A DNA stretch of 64,000 nt from an uncultured Gammaproteobacteria bacterium. GTDB taxonomy: Bacteria; Pseudomonadota; Gammaproteobacteria; Eutrophobiales; Eutrophobiaceae. The stretch lies in the NCBI GenBank assembly GCA_963976795.1, contig CAXBLT010000006.1, positions 81,791-145,790 of the forward strand, in the 5' to 3' direction. The notes under the pieces were generated by a model. That model worked only from the letters and a program-made list of their open reading frames with translations. It did not search any database and was not told where the DNA came from. This document shows, piece after piece, positions 17,968-28,980 of this stretch. A program made the position numbers and the translations under genes. Within the stretch, counting starts at the first letter, position 1. Each line of letters starts with the position of its first letter.

Positions 17968-18681
17968 ATGATCAGTTTTACAGAATTACTAACCGCTTCA
18001 GATGATGAGCTCGTCCGAATATTTTATAAAACCAACGCTGGTGAAGAAAAAGATTTCATTAAACGTCTTAATATTGTTGCTGCGCAACTCGATCTTAATC
18101 ATTCACAACTAGTCTGCGCCCTGGGCTTTAATAAACACATTCGTGAACTGACTGATATACAACAACAGCTTGGATTTCGTTCTTATAAGTTACTGACCTA
18201 CCGACAAAACGAACTATTTACCACTGATACTTATACCCAATTACCAATTGATAATATTCTGGACATCTACTCAGAGAGACTTGAAGATCAGGAAGTACTC
18301 GATACCTTGAGAAAACTATTACGGCCGCGACTTGAGCACATAGAAAATCAAATTGAAAAAACTGGTGACCCCGGCCATATCATAAGTTATAAAATGGAAA
18401 TACACTCCATATACACTGCCGGCATTGCGGACAAGGCCTTTGCTGATGATCGCCTCAAAAAAGATATTGGAAAATATCGATTAATGGCCAACGAAGCTAA
18501 TGTCATTATCGAGGCCGGTTATCACCCACCCAGCAATCTATTTTTTATGGATACCCTTTCACCCGAAGAAAGAAAATATTTAATAGAAGATGGCCACATT
18601 AACAATGACATGATCAAAAACCGTCTACAGAACGCCAAGATTAGCGAAGAAGAACGTGAAATTCTCGAAGAGCATATATAG
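17968..18681 (+). CDS. Hypothetical cytoplasmic protein, paralog B of the tandem pair.
   Basis: 237 aa. It lies 10 bp downstream of paralog A, with roughly 35-40% identity by eye over the full length. Confidence 0.7.
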   Translation: MISFTELLTASDDELVRIFYKTNAGEEKDFIKRLNIVAAQLDLNHSQLVCALGFNKHIRELTDIQQQLGFRSYKLLTYRQNELFTTDTYTQLPIDNILDIYSERLEDQEVLDTLRKLLRPRLEHIENQIEKTGDPGHIISYKMEIHSIYTAGIADKAFADDRLKKDIGKYRLMANEANVIIEAGYHPPSNLFFMDTLSPEERKYLIEDGHINNDMIKNRLQNAKISEEEREILEEHI

Positions 18682-18682
18682 A

Positions 18683-19210
18683 TCATTTTTTATTAGCTTC
18701 CTCACCTATTTCCCACTTTTCAATTTGAACCTCAACTATATCGCCTGAAGTAGCATCAACTTCTATCTTGAACTCAACTCCATATTTATCAACAATATCG
18801 AATTCATAAGAAACCTGTCCATTTGATTCAATCTCATATTCAACTTCTTCAATAGTGCCTGGGTATAAATCCGTTGCGATTGTACTTGCCTCCTTTTCAG
18901 AAACCTTCATTTTCTTTTTAAACAGAGGTACGTCTGAATTTGCTACTTCCTGTTCTATTTCAATTATCTCTCCACTATGCGCATCACACTCAAACTCCCA
19001 TATCTTGCCATCGAGATCTCTCATTTCAATTTCATAAGCAGAAACACCTTCATCAGTAAAACCCAAGTATTCCACTTTTGTATATGTTCCTGTACGTATT
19101 GCTGTTGTCGCCAACATACAAGCTTCAAGGCCTCCCTGATGATTAGCATTAGCACTGGTATTGGTGGTAGCTAAAAATATTAATAAAAATGGCATGAATA
19201 ACCTAAACAT
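18683..19210 (-). CDS. Secreted tandem PepSY-domain protein.
   Basis: Signal peptide 'MFRLFMPFLLIFLATTNTSANA'. Two PepSY-like units ('...YEIEMRDLDGKIWEFECDAHSGEIIEIEQE' and '...YEFDIVDKYGVEFKIEVDATSGDIVEVQIE'). Confidence 0.7.
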   Translation of the reverse strand: MFRLFMPFLLIFLATTNTSANANHQGGLEACMLATTAIRTGTYTKVEYLGFTDEGVSAYEIEMRDLDGKIWEFECDAHSGEIIEIEQEVANSDVPLFKKKMKVSEKEASTIATDLYPGTIEEVEYEIESNGQVSYEFDIVDKYGVEFKIEVDATSGDIVEVQIEKWEIGEEANKK

Positions 19211-19488
19211 TCTAAATTACCCCTAAGCTTATAAATGACAACCAGATGTTATATCTGAGAAGCAGAATTAATATAGAAGATTTCCTAAAAACACTGTGAT
19301 TTTTTCCTTATTTGGGCTGTGGCTTCTGATTGAAAAGCAGTTTAGATATAAACAGTCTTGTTTGATAAGGTGATTTAAGGATTTTTTCCTATATATTAAA
19401 GAAAATCCCCACTTTAATATTCACGCAAGATTAGCAATGTGCTAGCTCATTGCTTTTTAGCGTATTAATACTATCTGAGGGGGATATT

Positions 19489-21885
19489 ATGACTGCATAT
19501 CGTATCGCAGCCACTACACTATTGTTATCAATTACATACTCAGCGGTTTTTGCTGAAGATGATGTTCAGCAAAAGAGTGCACTTGAAGTTATTGGAATCA
19601 CGCCAACGCACGGCGTTGGGCTTCCGGAAGAACTCATTCCTTATAATGTACAATCTTCCAGCAGTGATGATATCGAAAGAAGCCAAACCTTAGGTTTGAC
19701 CGACTTCATGAACTACAATCTCGGCAGTGTCACGATTAATGATGCTCAGAATAATCCTCTACAAGCAGATGTCCAGTACCGTGGCTATTCACTTTCACCT
19801 CTATTAGGTTTACCACAGGGCCTCGCGGTTTTCCAAAATGGTGTGCGTATCAACGAGCCCTTTGGTGATTCTATGAATTGGGATTTAGTACCGGAATCTT
19901 CGATTGCCAATATTAATTTAATCGGCGGAGCTAACCCGGTATTTGGTTTGAATACTCTTGGGGGCTCACTTTCAATTACAACAAAAAATGGCTTTACACA
20001 CCCAGGCCATAGCATAGAAACCTACGGAGGTTCATTTGATCGTGTAGTAACAACCCTGGAATCTGGAGGTAATAACGGTAACTGGGGTTATTTCCTGACA
20101 GCAAATTATTTCGATGAAGAAGGTTGGCGTGATGTCTCCCCTTCTGATGCGTTAAACTTGTTTGGTTCAATAGGCTACCGCAGTGCCAGCACAACACTCG
20201 ACTTGAGTTTGAATCAAGGCCATACCGATCTTATAGGTAATGGTTCATCGCCTGCTGAATTACTCGAAATAGACCGAGATGCAGTATTCACCTCTCCTGA
20301 CCAAACCAGGAATGAGCTGACAATGCTTAACCTGCAAGGCACACATTGGGTTAACGATACTATTCAGTTAAGCGGGAATAGTTTTTATAGACGAAATCGA
20401 ACAGAAAGTTTTAACGGTGATGGTTCAGAGTTTGAAGACTGTGGTGGTGCCAATGCCGGGCTTTTATGTGAAGAAGACGACCTGACTGCACCTATCGAAG
20501 ATCAGAACGGAAACAGTATTGCTGAAGATAACGTTGATGGTTCTGAACGAAATGCAATTAACAATTTAAGCAATCGTGATCAAGAAGGCTTTGGAGCGAA
20601 CTTGCAAACGACATTTTTGAATGATCTGTTCGGGCACAAAAATCAGTTTATCTTCGGCGCAGGATATCAACAAGGGAACATTGATTTCTTCTCGGCTGTC
20701 GAAATAGCCTCACTTAATTGTGAAATCAGTGGGAATGACTGCACGCTTGCCAGTGCGGACCGTGGCACAACAGGAACTGCTATATTCGTACCAGAAGAAG
20801 GAAATAATATAAAAGCACATAATCGTGTTTGGTCTCTTTATGCTACAGATACTTTCTCAGTAACAGAAAAACTGGCATTAACAGCATCAGTTCGATACAA
20901 CAATTCTCATATTGTTGTCGGTGATCGTTCAACTGATTATCTTTATGCCGATCCAAACGATCCCGATGCATTGAATGGCGAACATGATTATGACCGCATT
21001 AATCCAGCATTTGGTATAACCTATAATTTTGATGACACTAATGGTGTCTATGGTAGTTACAGCGAATCATCAAGAGCACCGACACCGATCGAATTACTTT
21101 GTGCCAGAGAAGATGCCCCTTGTAACCTGCCAAATGCCTTTCTTGCAGATCCTCCTCTTGAACAAGTTGTAACCAAGAGTTTTGAAGGTGGTTTTAGAGG
21201 TACTTTTAGAAATGGGATCAATTACAGCATTAGCGGATTCCACAGTACAAACAACGATGACATCATTTTTGGTTCTACTGGCGGCACAACCTCGAGCCAG
21301 GGTTTCTTTAGAAATGTAGGTGATACTGAGCGTGTAGGGACTGAACTTGGTTTATCTGGTGTTTTCACTAAAAAGCTTAATTGGTATTTAAACTATAGTT
21401 TCGTGGATGCCACATTTCAGGATGCTTTTGTAGGAATCAGTGCCAACCATCCTAATGCCTCTGATATAAATGGCGATGGTGATGCAAATGAAATTCAGGT
21501 TAATTCTGGTGACAAGATTCCTGGCATTCCTGAACATTCTATAAAACTAGGTGGCCTTTTCTCTTTTACAGATAAGTTTTCAATCGGCGCAAATGTAATA
21601 TACAACTCGACTCAAGTACTAAGAGGCGATGAAAGCAACGAGTTGGGACCGGTTGATGGCTATGCGGTAGTAAACTTAAATAGCACTTATAAAATCAATA
21701 AAACTTTTTCACTTTTTGCCCGCGTCAATAATTTATTTGATACCGACTATGAAACCTTTGGCCTGTTAGGCGAAGCAGACGAAGTGTTCGATGGTTCTGG
21801 TAGCACACAGGCATTTTCTGATGCCACATTTTTAGGTGCGGGAGCACCTATCAATGGCTTTGTGGGTGTAACAGCAAGTTTTTAG
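19489..21885 (+). CDS. TonB-dependent outer-membrane receptor.
   Basis: Start at ATG 19489 (MTAYRIAATTLLLSITYSAVFA signal peptide) after a GAGGGGG Shine-Dalgarno. The track ORF begins 13 codons further upstream. Plug-domain motifs ('VQYRGYSLS', 'GLAVFQNGVRINEPFGDSMNWDL') and a C-terminal aromatic residue ('...GVTASF'). Confidence 0.85.
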   Translation: MTAYRIAATTLLLSITYSAVFAEDDVQQKSALEVIGITPTHGVGLPEELIPYNVQSSSSDDIERSQTLGLTDFMNYNLGSVTINDAQNNPLQADVQYRGYSLSPLLGLPQGLAVFQNGVRINEPFGDSMNWDLVPESSIANINLIGGANPVFGLNTLGGSLSITTKNGFTHPGHSIETYGGSFDRVVTTLESGGNNGNWGYFLTANYFDEEGWRDVSPSDALNLFGSIGYRSASTTLDLSLNQGHTDLIGNGSSPAELLEIDRDAVFTSPDQTRNELTMLNLQGTHWVNDTIQLSGNSFYRRNRTESFNGDGSEFEDCGGANAGLLCEEDDLTAPIEDQNGNSIAEDNVDGSERNAINNLSNRDQEGFGANLQTTFLNDLFGHKNQFIFGAGYQQGNIDFFSAVEIASLNCEISGNDCTLASADRGTTGTAIFVPEEGNNIKAHNRVWSLYATDTFSVTEKLALTASVRYNNSHIVVGDRSTDYLYADPNDPDALNGEHDYDRINPAFGITYNFDDTNGVYGSYSESSRAPTPIELLCAREDAPCNLPNAFLADPPLEQVVTKSFEGGFRGTFRNGINYSISGFHSTNNDDIIFGSTGGTTSSQGFFRNVGDTERVGTELGLSGVFTKKLNWYLNYSFVDATFQDAFVGISANHPNASDINGDGDANEIQVNSGDKIPGIPEHSIKLGGLFSFTDKFSIGANVIYNSTQVLRGDESNELGPVDGYAVVNLNSTYKINKTFSLFARVNNLFDTDYETFGLLGEADEVFDGSGSTQAFSDATFLGAGAPINGFVGVTASF

Positions 21886-21914
21886 TCTAGTACCAGGTAA
21901 TCTGGCCCTCTTGA

Positions 21915-21947
21915 GGCGGATTCTATTTTTAGAATTCGCCTTTTTTA
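21915..21947 (+). terminator. Rho-independent terminator after the TonB-dependent receptor gene.
   Basis: GGCGGATTCTA-ttt-TAGAATTCGCC (11-bp stem with one G-U pair) followed by TTTTTTATT. Confidence 0.7.
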
Positions 21948-22067
21948 TTGTAAAATGAAAAGCTCAATATGAATTAGTAAATAAAATATCCCATGAATCA
22001 AAATTTAATAACCTGCGTTAAGGTTTTACTGATTGATCTACAAGTATATGGAATTGATTAAAAAAAT

Positions 22068-23603
22068 ATGAGTAATTTATACGCGCTTTTTGAGGAACGT
22101 TTTTCACCAAACCTGACACAGAGTTTCATAATAACCAAAGACAACAGAACCTACAGCTACCAAGACTTGCTCAGCAGTACTTCACAGATAGCATATATCC
22201 TAAACAGCTATAAACTCAGCAAGGGCGACAGGGTTATCTTTCAGGTTAAAAAATCACCAGAAGCGATCTTTTTATATCTTGCTTGTCTTAAACTTGGTTT
22301 AATATCTGTACCGTTAAACACGTCCTATACAGCATCAGAAATATCCTACTTTCTGGATGATATAGAACCTAGTATCGTCATTTGTGATCCTGAGTCACCC
22401 ATTATTAAAGAGAACCTATTAACAGATCAGAACCAGATACACTTATTGACGCTTGATGGTTCTGGAAAGGGTTCATTAATTGAGAATCTTTCAAATGATG
22501 CTTGCCATGAATCAATAGTAGACACCCAGGTCAATGATACTGCTTGCATACTGTATACAAGTGGCACCACAGGAAAACCAAAGGGCGCGATGATCACGCA
22601 TGGGAACCTCGCGTCGAATGCCATAACCCTTCATCAAATCTGGGGTTTTAGTAAAAATGATATTTTACTACACGCCCTGCCAATATTTCACGTTCATGGT
22701 CTTTTCGTAGCATTAAACTGCGCGCTGCTGAGCGCTAACACAATGATTTTCCTGGAACATTTTGATGTGGACGAAGTTATTCACCATCTACCAAAAGCAA
22801 CCGTTTTGATGGGTGTACCGACCTATTATGCACGTTTACTTTCACACCCGGATTTCACAGCTTCAACATATAAAAACATGCGTTTGTTTATATCAGGCTC
22901 AGCCCCGCTATTAAAAGAAGTGTCAGATAACTTTTTTATTAAAACCGGTCATCGTGTGCTAGAACGTTATGGTATGACAGAAACAGTAATGATAGCGTCA
23001 AATCCATTAAATGGTGAACGTGTACCCGGTTCAGTCGGTACAGCACTGCCCGGCATTGATGTGAGAATCACTGCCGATGATGGGAGAATATTAGCTGAAA
23101 ATGAAACGGGAAACATCCAGGTCTCTGGGCCAAATGTATTTAACGGTTATTGGCGTAAACCAGATAAGACAAAAGAAGAATTCACAGATGACGGTTTTTT
23201 TAAGACTGGCGATGTAGGTTTTTTAAATGACCGTGATTACTTAACGATTATCGGTCGCTCAAAAGATCTTATTATTTCCGGTGGTTATAATGTATATCCT
23301 AAAGAAGTTGAAAACCTCATCAATGACTATGCAAATATTGAAGAATCTGCCGTGATAGGAGTGCCACACCCCGATTTCGGTGAAGGCGTTATCGCAGTAG
23401 TAGTGATGGAGCCAGGGAAAAAAGAAGAATTTGATGCAACAACGTTAATTAAATTTCTCAAACAACATCTCGCCAATTACAAGGTACCCAAATTTGTCTT
23501 TGCGATTGATAAACTGCCTATTAATGTAATGGGGAAAGTACAAAAAAACATACTACGTGATCGGTTTCAGGATGCCTTTGAAAGACAGACAATAGCGAAT
23601 TAA
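22068..23603 (+). CDS. matB: Malonyl-CoA synthetase-like AMP-dependent ligase (MatB family).
   Basis: Very high similarity to rhizobial MatB throughout ('YTSGTTGKPKGAMITHGNL', 'HALPIFHVHGLFVA', 'VIGVPHPDFGEGVIAVVV', 'GKVQKNILR'). Confidence 0.8.
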   Translation: MSNLYALFEERFSPNLTQSFIITKDNRTYSYQDLLSSTSQIAYILNSYKLSKGDRVIFQVKKSPEAIFLYLACLKLGLISVPLNTSYTASEISYFLDDIEPSIVICDPESPIIKENLLTDQNQIHLLTLDGSGKGSLIENLSNDACHESIVDTQVNDTACILYTSGTTGKPKGAMITHGNLASNAITLHQIWGFSKNDILLHALPIFHVHGLFVALNCALLSANTMIFLEHFDVDEVIHHLPKATVLMGVPTYYARLLSHPDFTASTYKNMRLFISGSAPLLKEVSDNFFIKTGHRVLERYGMTETVMIASNPLNGERVPGSVGTALPGIDVRITADDGRILAENETGNIQVSGPNVFNGYWRKPDKTKEEFTDDGFFKTGDVGFLNDRDYLTIIGRSKDLIISGGYNVYPKEVENLINDYANIEESAVIGVPHPDFGEGVIAVVVMEPGKKEEFDATTLIKFLKQHLANYKVPKFVFAIDKLPINVMGKVQKNILRDRFQDAFERQTIAN

Positions 23604-23623
23604 CATGTTTTTTGTTGCTGGAT

Positions 23624-25501
23624 TTATTTTTTAAAGACTTCTGCGATTTCTTCAAGGATAGAGACATCATCAATCGTTGCTGGCACTTTAAATGCTTCAT
23701 CATCAGCAATTTTTTTCATGATGCCGCGTAATATTTTGCCAGAACGCGTTTTAGGTAGTCTTTTCAAAACAAGCACTTTTTTAAAAGCCGCAACAGGGCC
23801 AATATCATTTCGCACACGCGCAATAAGATCTTGCATGATCTTGTCATGGTCAGTAGTAACACCATTATTTAATACAACTAGTCCTATAGGTAGTTGGCCT
23901 TTTAATTGATCATTAACACCTATGACAGCACACTCGGCAACATCAGGATGCGCCGCTAGCACTTCTTCCATCGCACCTGTCGATAAACGATGGCCCGCAA
24001 CATTAATCACGTCACCGAGTCGGCTCATCACCCAGACGTCACCATCTTCATCAATATATCCAGCATCCCAGGTTATATAATAGCCATCATAAACGGAAAG
24101 ATAAGAATCAATATAAGCTTGGTCATTTTTCCATAAAGACTGTAAACAACCGGGGGGCAGAGGTAATTTTAAGGCTATTTTTCCCATTTCGCCTGCGGGC
24201 AATGGAATGCCTTGTTCATCAAGCACTTGCAAGTCATAGCCGGGTACAGGCCTTGATGTAGAACCATGTTTTACAGGTAACTGTTCAAGCCCCATGCAGT
24301 TAGCAGTGATCGCCCAACCCGTTTCAGTCTGCCACCAGTGATCAATAACAGGCACACCTAGTTTATCTTCGGCCCACTCTATAGTGGCAGGGTCACAACG
24401 TTCACCGGCAAGGAAAAGCGTTTGTAGTGAAGATAAATCATAGTCTTTAATAAAATCACCATCAGGGTCGTTACCTTTAATTGCCCTGAAGGCCGTTGGT
24501 GCTGTGAACAGTGCGTTTACTTTATGTTGTTCAATAACACGCCAGAAGGCACCGGCATCGGGCGTCCCTACGGGCTTGCCTTCATAAAGAACCGTGGTAC
24601 AACCACGCAATAAAGGGGCATAGACTATATATGAATGCCCCACCACCCAACCAACATCTGACGCAGACCAAAATACGTCACCAGGATTTATATTATAGAT
24701 ATTCTTCATCGACCAATTCAGCGCAACGGCATGCCCCCCGTTATCTCGCAAGACTCCTTTTGGCGTACCCGTTGTTCCCGAAGTATAAAGAATATATAAA
24801 GGGTCAGTCGCGTCGACAGGAAAACAGTCAACCGCTTCAGCCATTGCACTAGCCTCTTGCCAATCTATATCACGCCCCTCTATCAAATTCACTTTGCATT
24901 GAGGTCGTTGCAGAATAATACAGGCCTCTGGTTTATGATTTGCTGTTGCAATAGCTGCATCAAGTAGTGGCTTATACTCGATGATACGATTCACTTCGAT
25001 ACCGCAGGATGCGGAGACAATCACTTTCGGTTGCGCATCATTAATACGTGCGGCCAGTTCATTAGAAGCAAAACCTCCAAATACAACTGAATGGATAGCA
25101 CCAAGTCGCGCACAAGCCAACATAGCGATCACTGCTTCGGGAACCATTGGCATATAAATAATTACTGTATCTCCTTTACCAACTCCTTGATCGCTTAGTA
25201 CGCCTGAAAAGTTAGCTGTCAGATCGCGTAATTCTCTATAGCTAAATCGCTTAATTGTATCTGTTACGGGACTGTCGTAAATGAGGGCAGTTTGGTCAGC
25301 ATGTCCGTTTTCAACATGTCTATCCAACGCATTAAAGCAGGTATTTAGCTTTCCGTCTGGAAACCATTTATAAAATGGCGGGTTTGCATCATCAAGAACT
25401 TTTGTAAAGGGTTTCTTCCAATCTATGTCCTTTGCTGCATCAGACCAATACGCTTCAGGGTTTTCTAATGAACGTTTATAAGCTTTTAAATATTCAGACA
25501 T
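23624..25501 (-). CDS. prpE: Propionate--CoA ligase (acetyl/propionyl-CoA synthetase family).
   Basis: 625 aa. Collinear with E. coli PrpE ('IHSVVFGGFAS', 'YTSGTTGTPKGV', 'DVGWVVGHSYIVYAPLL', 'LPKTRSGKILRG'). Located in a methylcitrate-cycle gene neighbourhood. Confidence 0.8.
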   Translation of the reverse strand: MSEYLKAYKRSLENPEAYWSDAAKDIDWKKPFTKVLDDANPPFYKWFPDGKLNTCFNALDRHVENGHADQTALIYDSPVTDTIKRFSYRELRDLTANFSGVLSDQGVGKGDTVIIYMPMVPEAVIAMLACARLGAIHSVVFGGFASNELAARINDAQPKVIVSASCGIEVNRIIEYKPLLDAAIATANHKPEACIILQRPQCKVNLIEGRDIDWQEASAMAEAVDCFPVDATDPLYILYTSGTTGTPKGVLRDNGGHAVALNWSMKNIYNINPGDVFWSASDVGWVVGHSYIVYAPLLRGCTTVLYEGKPVGTPDAGAFWRVIEQHKVNALFTAPTAFRAIKGNDPDGDFIKDYDLSSLQTLFLAGERCDPATIEWAEDKLGVPVIDHWWQTETGWAITANCMGLEQLPVKHGSTSRPVPGYDLQVLDEQGIPLPAGEMGKIALKLPLPPGCLQSLWKNDQAYIDSYLSVYDGYYITWDAGYIDEDGDVWVMSRLGDVINVAGHRLSTGAMEEVLAAHPDVAECAVIGVNDQLKGQLPIGLVVLNNGVTTDHDKIMQDLIARVRNDIGPVAAFKKVLVLKRLPKTRSGKILRGIMKKIADDEAFKVPATIDDVSILEEIAEVFKK

Positions 25502-25603
25502 ATCCTAGCCTCGATTCTTCAATATTTGCAATTAAGCTAACCTATTTCCACCTGTGGAATAATCAACTTTATTGCCAACAAACTCAATTCTCTCAAGTGT
25601 CTC

Positions 25604-27988
25604 TCACGCCTCAACTCCGGCAATATATAGCCATGTATCAATAACAGTATCTGGATTTAAAGAGATACTCTCAATACCTTCATCTAATAACCATTTTGCA
25701 AGATCCGGGTGATCAGAAGGTCCTTGGCCGCAAATACCGACATACTTCCCGGCATTTTTACAGGCTTTGATGGCGCGACTTAGCATAAACTTCACTGCTT
25801 CATCGCGTTCATCAAACAAATCGGAAACCAGTCCTGAGTCTCGATCAAGTGCTAAGGTTAATTGCGTCATATCATTAGAACCAATTGAGAAACCATCAAA
25901 ATATTCAAGAAACTGTTCAGCCAAGATTGCATTACTCGGAACCTCGCACATCATAATCAATTTTAAACCTTCTTTTCCTCTCTCCAGACCATATTTTGCT
26001 AATAACTCAACGACTTGCTTCGCCTGTCCTACAGTGCGCACGAAGGGAACCATAACCCATACATTGGCCAAGCCCATATCTTCTCGTACATAACGTAGGG
26101 CACGACATTCCAGCTCAAAACATGCTTCAAACTCATCTGACAAGTAACGTGACGTACCTCGATAACCTATCATAGGGTTTTCTTCTTTCGGTTCATATCG
26201 CTCGCCACCAAGTAAATTAGCATACTCATTAGATTTGAAATCAGATAGACGTACGATAACCGGGTTAGGCGCGAATGCAGCAGCCAATGTAGATATACCT
26301 TCGGCCAGGTTCTGCACATAGAAATCGACAGGACTTGCATAGGCTCCGATACGCTCATCTATAGATGCTTTTATCGATGCTTCTTGATCACCGTATTCCA
26401 GTAACGCTCTTGGGTGGATACCAATCTTGTTATTTATAATAAATTCCAGTCGTGCCAAACCAACACCTGCATTTGGAATAGACGCAAATGACATTGCCTT
26501 ACCTGGGTTACCCACATTCATCATGATTTTTAACGGTGCTGGCGGCATGTTGTCTAGTTCTGCGCGGTTGACCTGAAAGTCCAGTTTACCTTCATAAACG
26601 TGTCCATTTTCTCCTTCAGAACAAACCACCGTGACAACGTCATTATAATTTATCTTCTCAGTCGCATCACCACACCCTACGACGGCGGGAACACCCAGTT
26701 CGCGTGCAATAATTGCAGCATGACAGGTTCGTCCACCGCGGTTAGTCACTATCGCCGATGCGCGCTTCATTATCGGCTCCCAGTCAGGATCCGTCATTTC
26801 CGTTACTAAGACATCACCATCTTGCAGGTCGTCCATATCTTCCAACCTTTCGATGACTTTTGCTTTACCTGCCCCTATTTTCTGGCCTATTGCAGCGCCA
26901 CTAATAAGCAAGTTACCTTTTTCATTTAGCTGATAACGTTCGATTACATTTGTATTCTCTCGGCTTTGTACTGTCTCAGGGCGCGCCTGGACAATGTAGA
27001 TTTTCTTACTCTCGCCATCCAAAGCCCATTCGATATCCATAGGACGGCCGTAATGCTTTTCAATTATCACCGCCTGCCGAGCAAGTTCTTCTAATTGCTC
27101 ATCATTAAGGCAAAAGACCGAAGACTCTTCAGGTGGGACATTAACTGTTTTTACCAATTCACCATTACTAGAATCTTCGTTATATATCATTTTAATCGCT
27201 TTGCTGCCGACACTACGACTTAATACTGATGGCTTATGCTGCGCTAATGATTTTTTATAGACATAGTATTCATCCGGGTTTACTGCACCTTGCACTACCG
27301 TTTCGCCTAAACCATAACTACCCGTAATAAATACAGCATCATCAAAACCAGACTCTGTGTCCAGAGTAAACATTACACCACTTACGCCTAGATCGCTGCG
27401 CACCATGCGTTGTAAACCTGCTGATAAAGCAACTTCTTCATGGGCAAAGTTTTGATGTACGCGATAAGCAATAGCTCGATCATTATATAAAGATGCAAAG
27501 ACCTCTTTAACTCTTAGTAGCACATCATCAATACCACGCACATTTAAAAATGTCTCTTGCTGACCTGCAAATGAAGCATCAGGTAAGTCTTCAGCAGTTG
27601 CAGAAGACCGTACGGCAATAGAACAGTCTTTATCTCCACCGCTCATTTCTTGATAAGCATTTTCCATGGATTCTCGTAACAACGTTTGGAATGGTGCTTC
27701 GATAATCCATTGACGGATTTCTTTGCCAGCTGTCGTCAACTGCTTCACATCATCGACATTTAACCCTTGCAGTCTAAGTTCTATGCGTTCACGTAATTTA
27801 TTATGTTCAAGAAAATCCCAAAAAGCCTTTGCTGTTGTGGCATACCCCCCCGGCACACTAACACCAGCACCAGATAGATTGCTGATCATTTCTCCCAGTG
27901 ATGCATTTTTGCCACCAACAAGTCCCACATCTCCCATGCCCAAGTTTTGTAGTGGCATGATGTAGTCATTTGAAATCAATTTTGTCAT
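25604..27988 (-). CDS. ppsA: Phosphoenolpyruvate synthase.
   Basis: 794 aa. The N-terminus aligns with E. coli PpsA ('[20 protein letters not shown]'). Phosphohistidine-domain motif '[17 protein letters not shown]'. PEP-utilising C-terminal domain. Confidence 0.95.
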   Translation of the reverse strand: MTKLISNDYIMPLQNLGMGDVGLVGGKNASLGEMISNLSGAGVSVPGGYATTAKAFWDFLEHNKLRERIELRLQGLNVDDVKQLTTAGKEIRQWIIEAPFQTLLRESMENAYQEMSGGDKDCSIAVRSSATAEDLPDASFAGQQETFLNVRGIDDVLLRVKEVFASLYNDRAIAYRVHQNFAHEEVALSAGLQRMVRSDLGVSGVMFTLDTESGFDDAVFITGSYGLGETVVQGAVNPDEYYVYKKSLAQHKPSVLSRSVGSKAIKMIYNEDSSNGELVKTVNVPPEESSVFCLNDEQLEELARQAVIIEKHYGRPMDIEWALDGESKKIYIVQARPETVQSRENTNVIERYQLNEKGNLLISGAAIGQKIGAGKAKVIERLEDMDDLQDGDVLVTEMTDPDWEPIMKRASAIVTNRGGRTCHAAIIARELGVPAVVGCGDATEKINYNDVVTVVCSEGENGHVYEGKLDFQVNRAELDNMPPAPLKIMMNVGNPGKAMSFASIPNAGVGLARLEFIINNKIGIHPRALLEYGDQEASIKASIDERIGAYASPVDFYVQNLAEGISTLAAAFAPNPVIVRLSDFKSNEYANLLGGERYEPKEENPMIGYRGTSRYLSDEFEACFELECRALRYVREDMGLANVWVMVPFVRTVGQAKQVVELLAKYGLERGKEGLKLIMMCEVPSNAILAEQFLEYFDGFSIGSNDMTQLTLALDRDSGLVSDLFDERDEAVKFMLSRAIKACKNAGKYVGICGQGPSDHPDLAKWLLDEGIESISLNPDTVIDTWLYIAGVEA

Positions 27989-28029
27989 AGCTTTTCTTTC
28001 TCAATAAACCTTTAAGATTAAATTTCTAT

Positions 28030-28860
28030 TTAGTTGTTCTTTAATAACTGTTTTTCCTTCACTACATTTACTGCGATCTCCTCGATAGACATAGCCGTTG
28101 AATCAAGAATAAATATGCCCGCTTTTTCCATCATTATTCCTGCATGTTTAACTTCATGCTGACATTTTTTCAAAGTCGCATAAACAGTATTTGGTCGGCG
28201 TTGTTGTCGAATAGCACTGAGTTGATCGGCACGGATCGTCAGGCCAACTATTTTATCCAGATACGGTAATAAAAACCCAGGTAATTTATCATTATCAAGG
28301 TCATCATCGGTTAATGGATAATTAGCTGCTTTTATCGAGAAATGCATTGCTAAATATAGACAAGTTGGTGTTTTTGCAGAACGTGACACACCAACCAGGA
28401 TAACATCGGCCTTATCAAATAAATTCGTTCTGATACCATCATCATTTTTAAGTGTAAAGTCGATAGCGTCCATTTGCTTTTTATAATCTTCATCACCAAA
28501 TTCTTCGTGTGCTTTACCAATCGTATGAGATGATTTGATCTGTAAACTCTTTTCGAGTGGCTCTATAAACGAATTAAATAAACTAATGACACAGGCGTCG
28601 GTTGAAGAAATAAACTGTTGAATCTCATCGTTGACCAATGTGCTGAACACAATCGGCTGTACACCACTGGCCTCGTATTCGCGCTGTATCTCACCTGCAA
28701 CAAAATGAGCTTCCATTTCGGTAATGACAAATGCGAAGGTTCTATCTATAAACTCAACACTATCAAACTGAGAGAGTAAACTTTGGCCAAGTGACTCAGC
28801 CGTTTTTCCTGTTCGATCAGAAACATAAAAAACAGCACGTTTATTTTGTTTATTATCCAT
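28030..28860 (-). CDS. ppsR: PEP synthase regulatory protein (bifunctional kinase/pyrophosphorylase, DUF299).
   Basis: 276 aa. 'RAVFYVSDRTGKTAE' and the P-loop-like 'VILVGVSRSAKTPTCLYLA' are characteristic of PSRP/YdiA. Confidence 0.9.
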   Translation of the reverse strand: MDNKQNKRAVFYVSDRTGKTAESLGQSLLSQFDSVEFIDRTFAFVITEMEAHFVAGEIQREYEASGVQPIVFSTLVNDEIQQFISSTDACVISLFNSFIEPLEKSLQIKSSHTIGKAHEEFGDEDYKKQMDAIDFTLKNDDGIRTNLFDKADVILVGVSRSAKTPTCLYLAMHFSIKAANYPLTDDDLDNDKLPGFLLPYLDKIVGLTIRADQLSAIRQQRRPNTVYATLKKCQHEVKHAGIMMEKAGIFILDSTAMSIEEIAVNVVKEKQLLKNN

Positions 28861-28889
28861 TATTGATCTTTATAACAAATAAACCAGCT

Positions 28890-28917
28890 CAGAAAAACAA
28901 AAGCCATCAGAGATGGC
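28890..28917 (-). terminator. Rho-independent terminator after prpC, separating prpR-prpB-prpC from ppsR-ppsA.
   Basis: Minus strand: GCCATC-tct-GATGGC followed by TTTTGTTTTTCT. Confidence 0.5.
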
Positions 28918-28980
28918 AAAGGTTTTGATTGCTTGTAACTGTTTAATTTTTACAATTAATCACTTGTTTTCTATAAAGGA

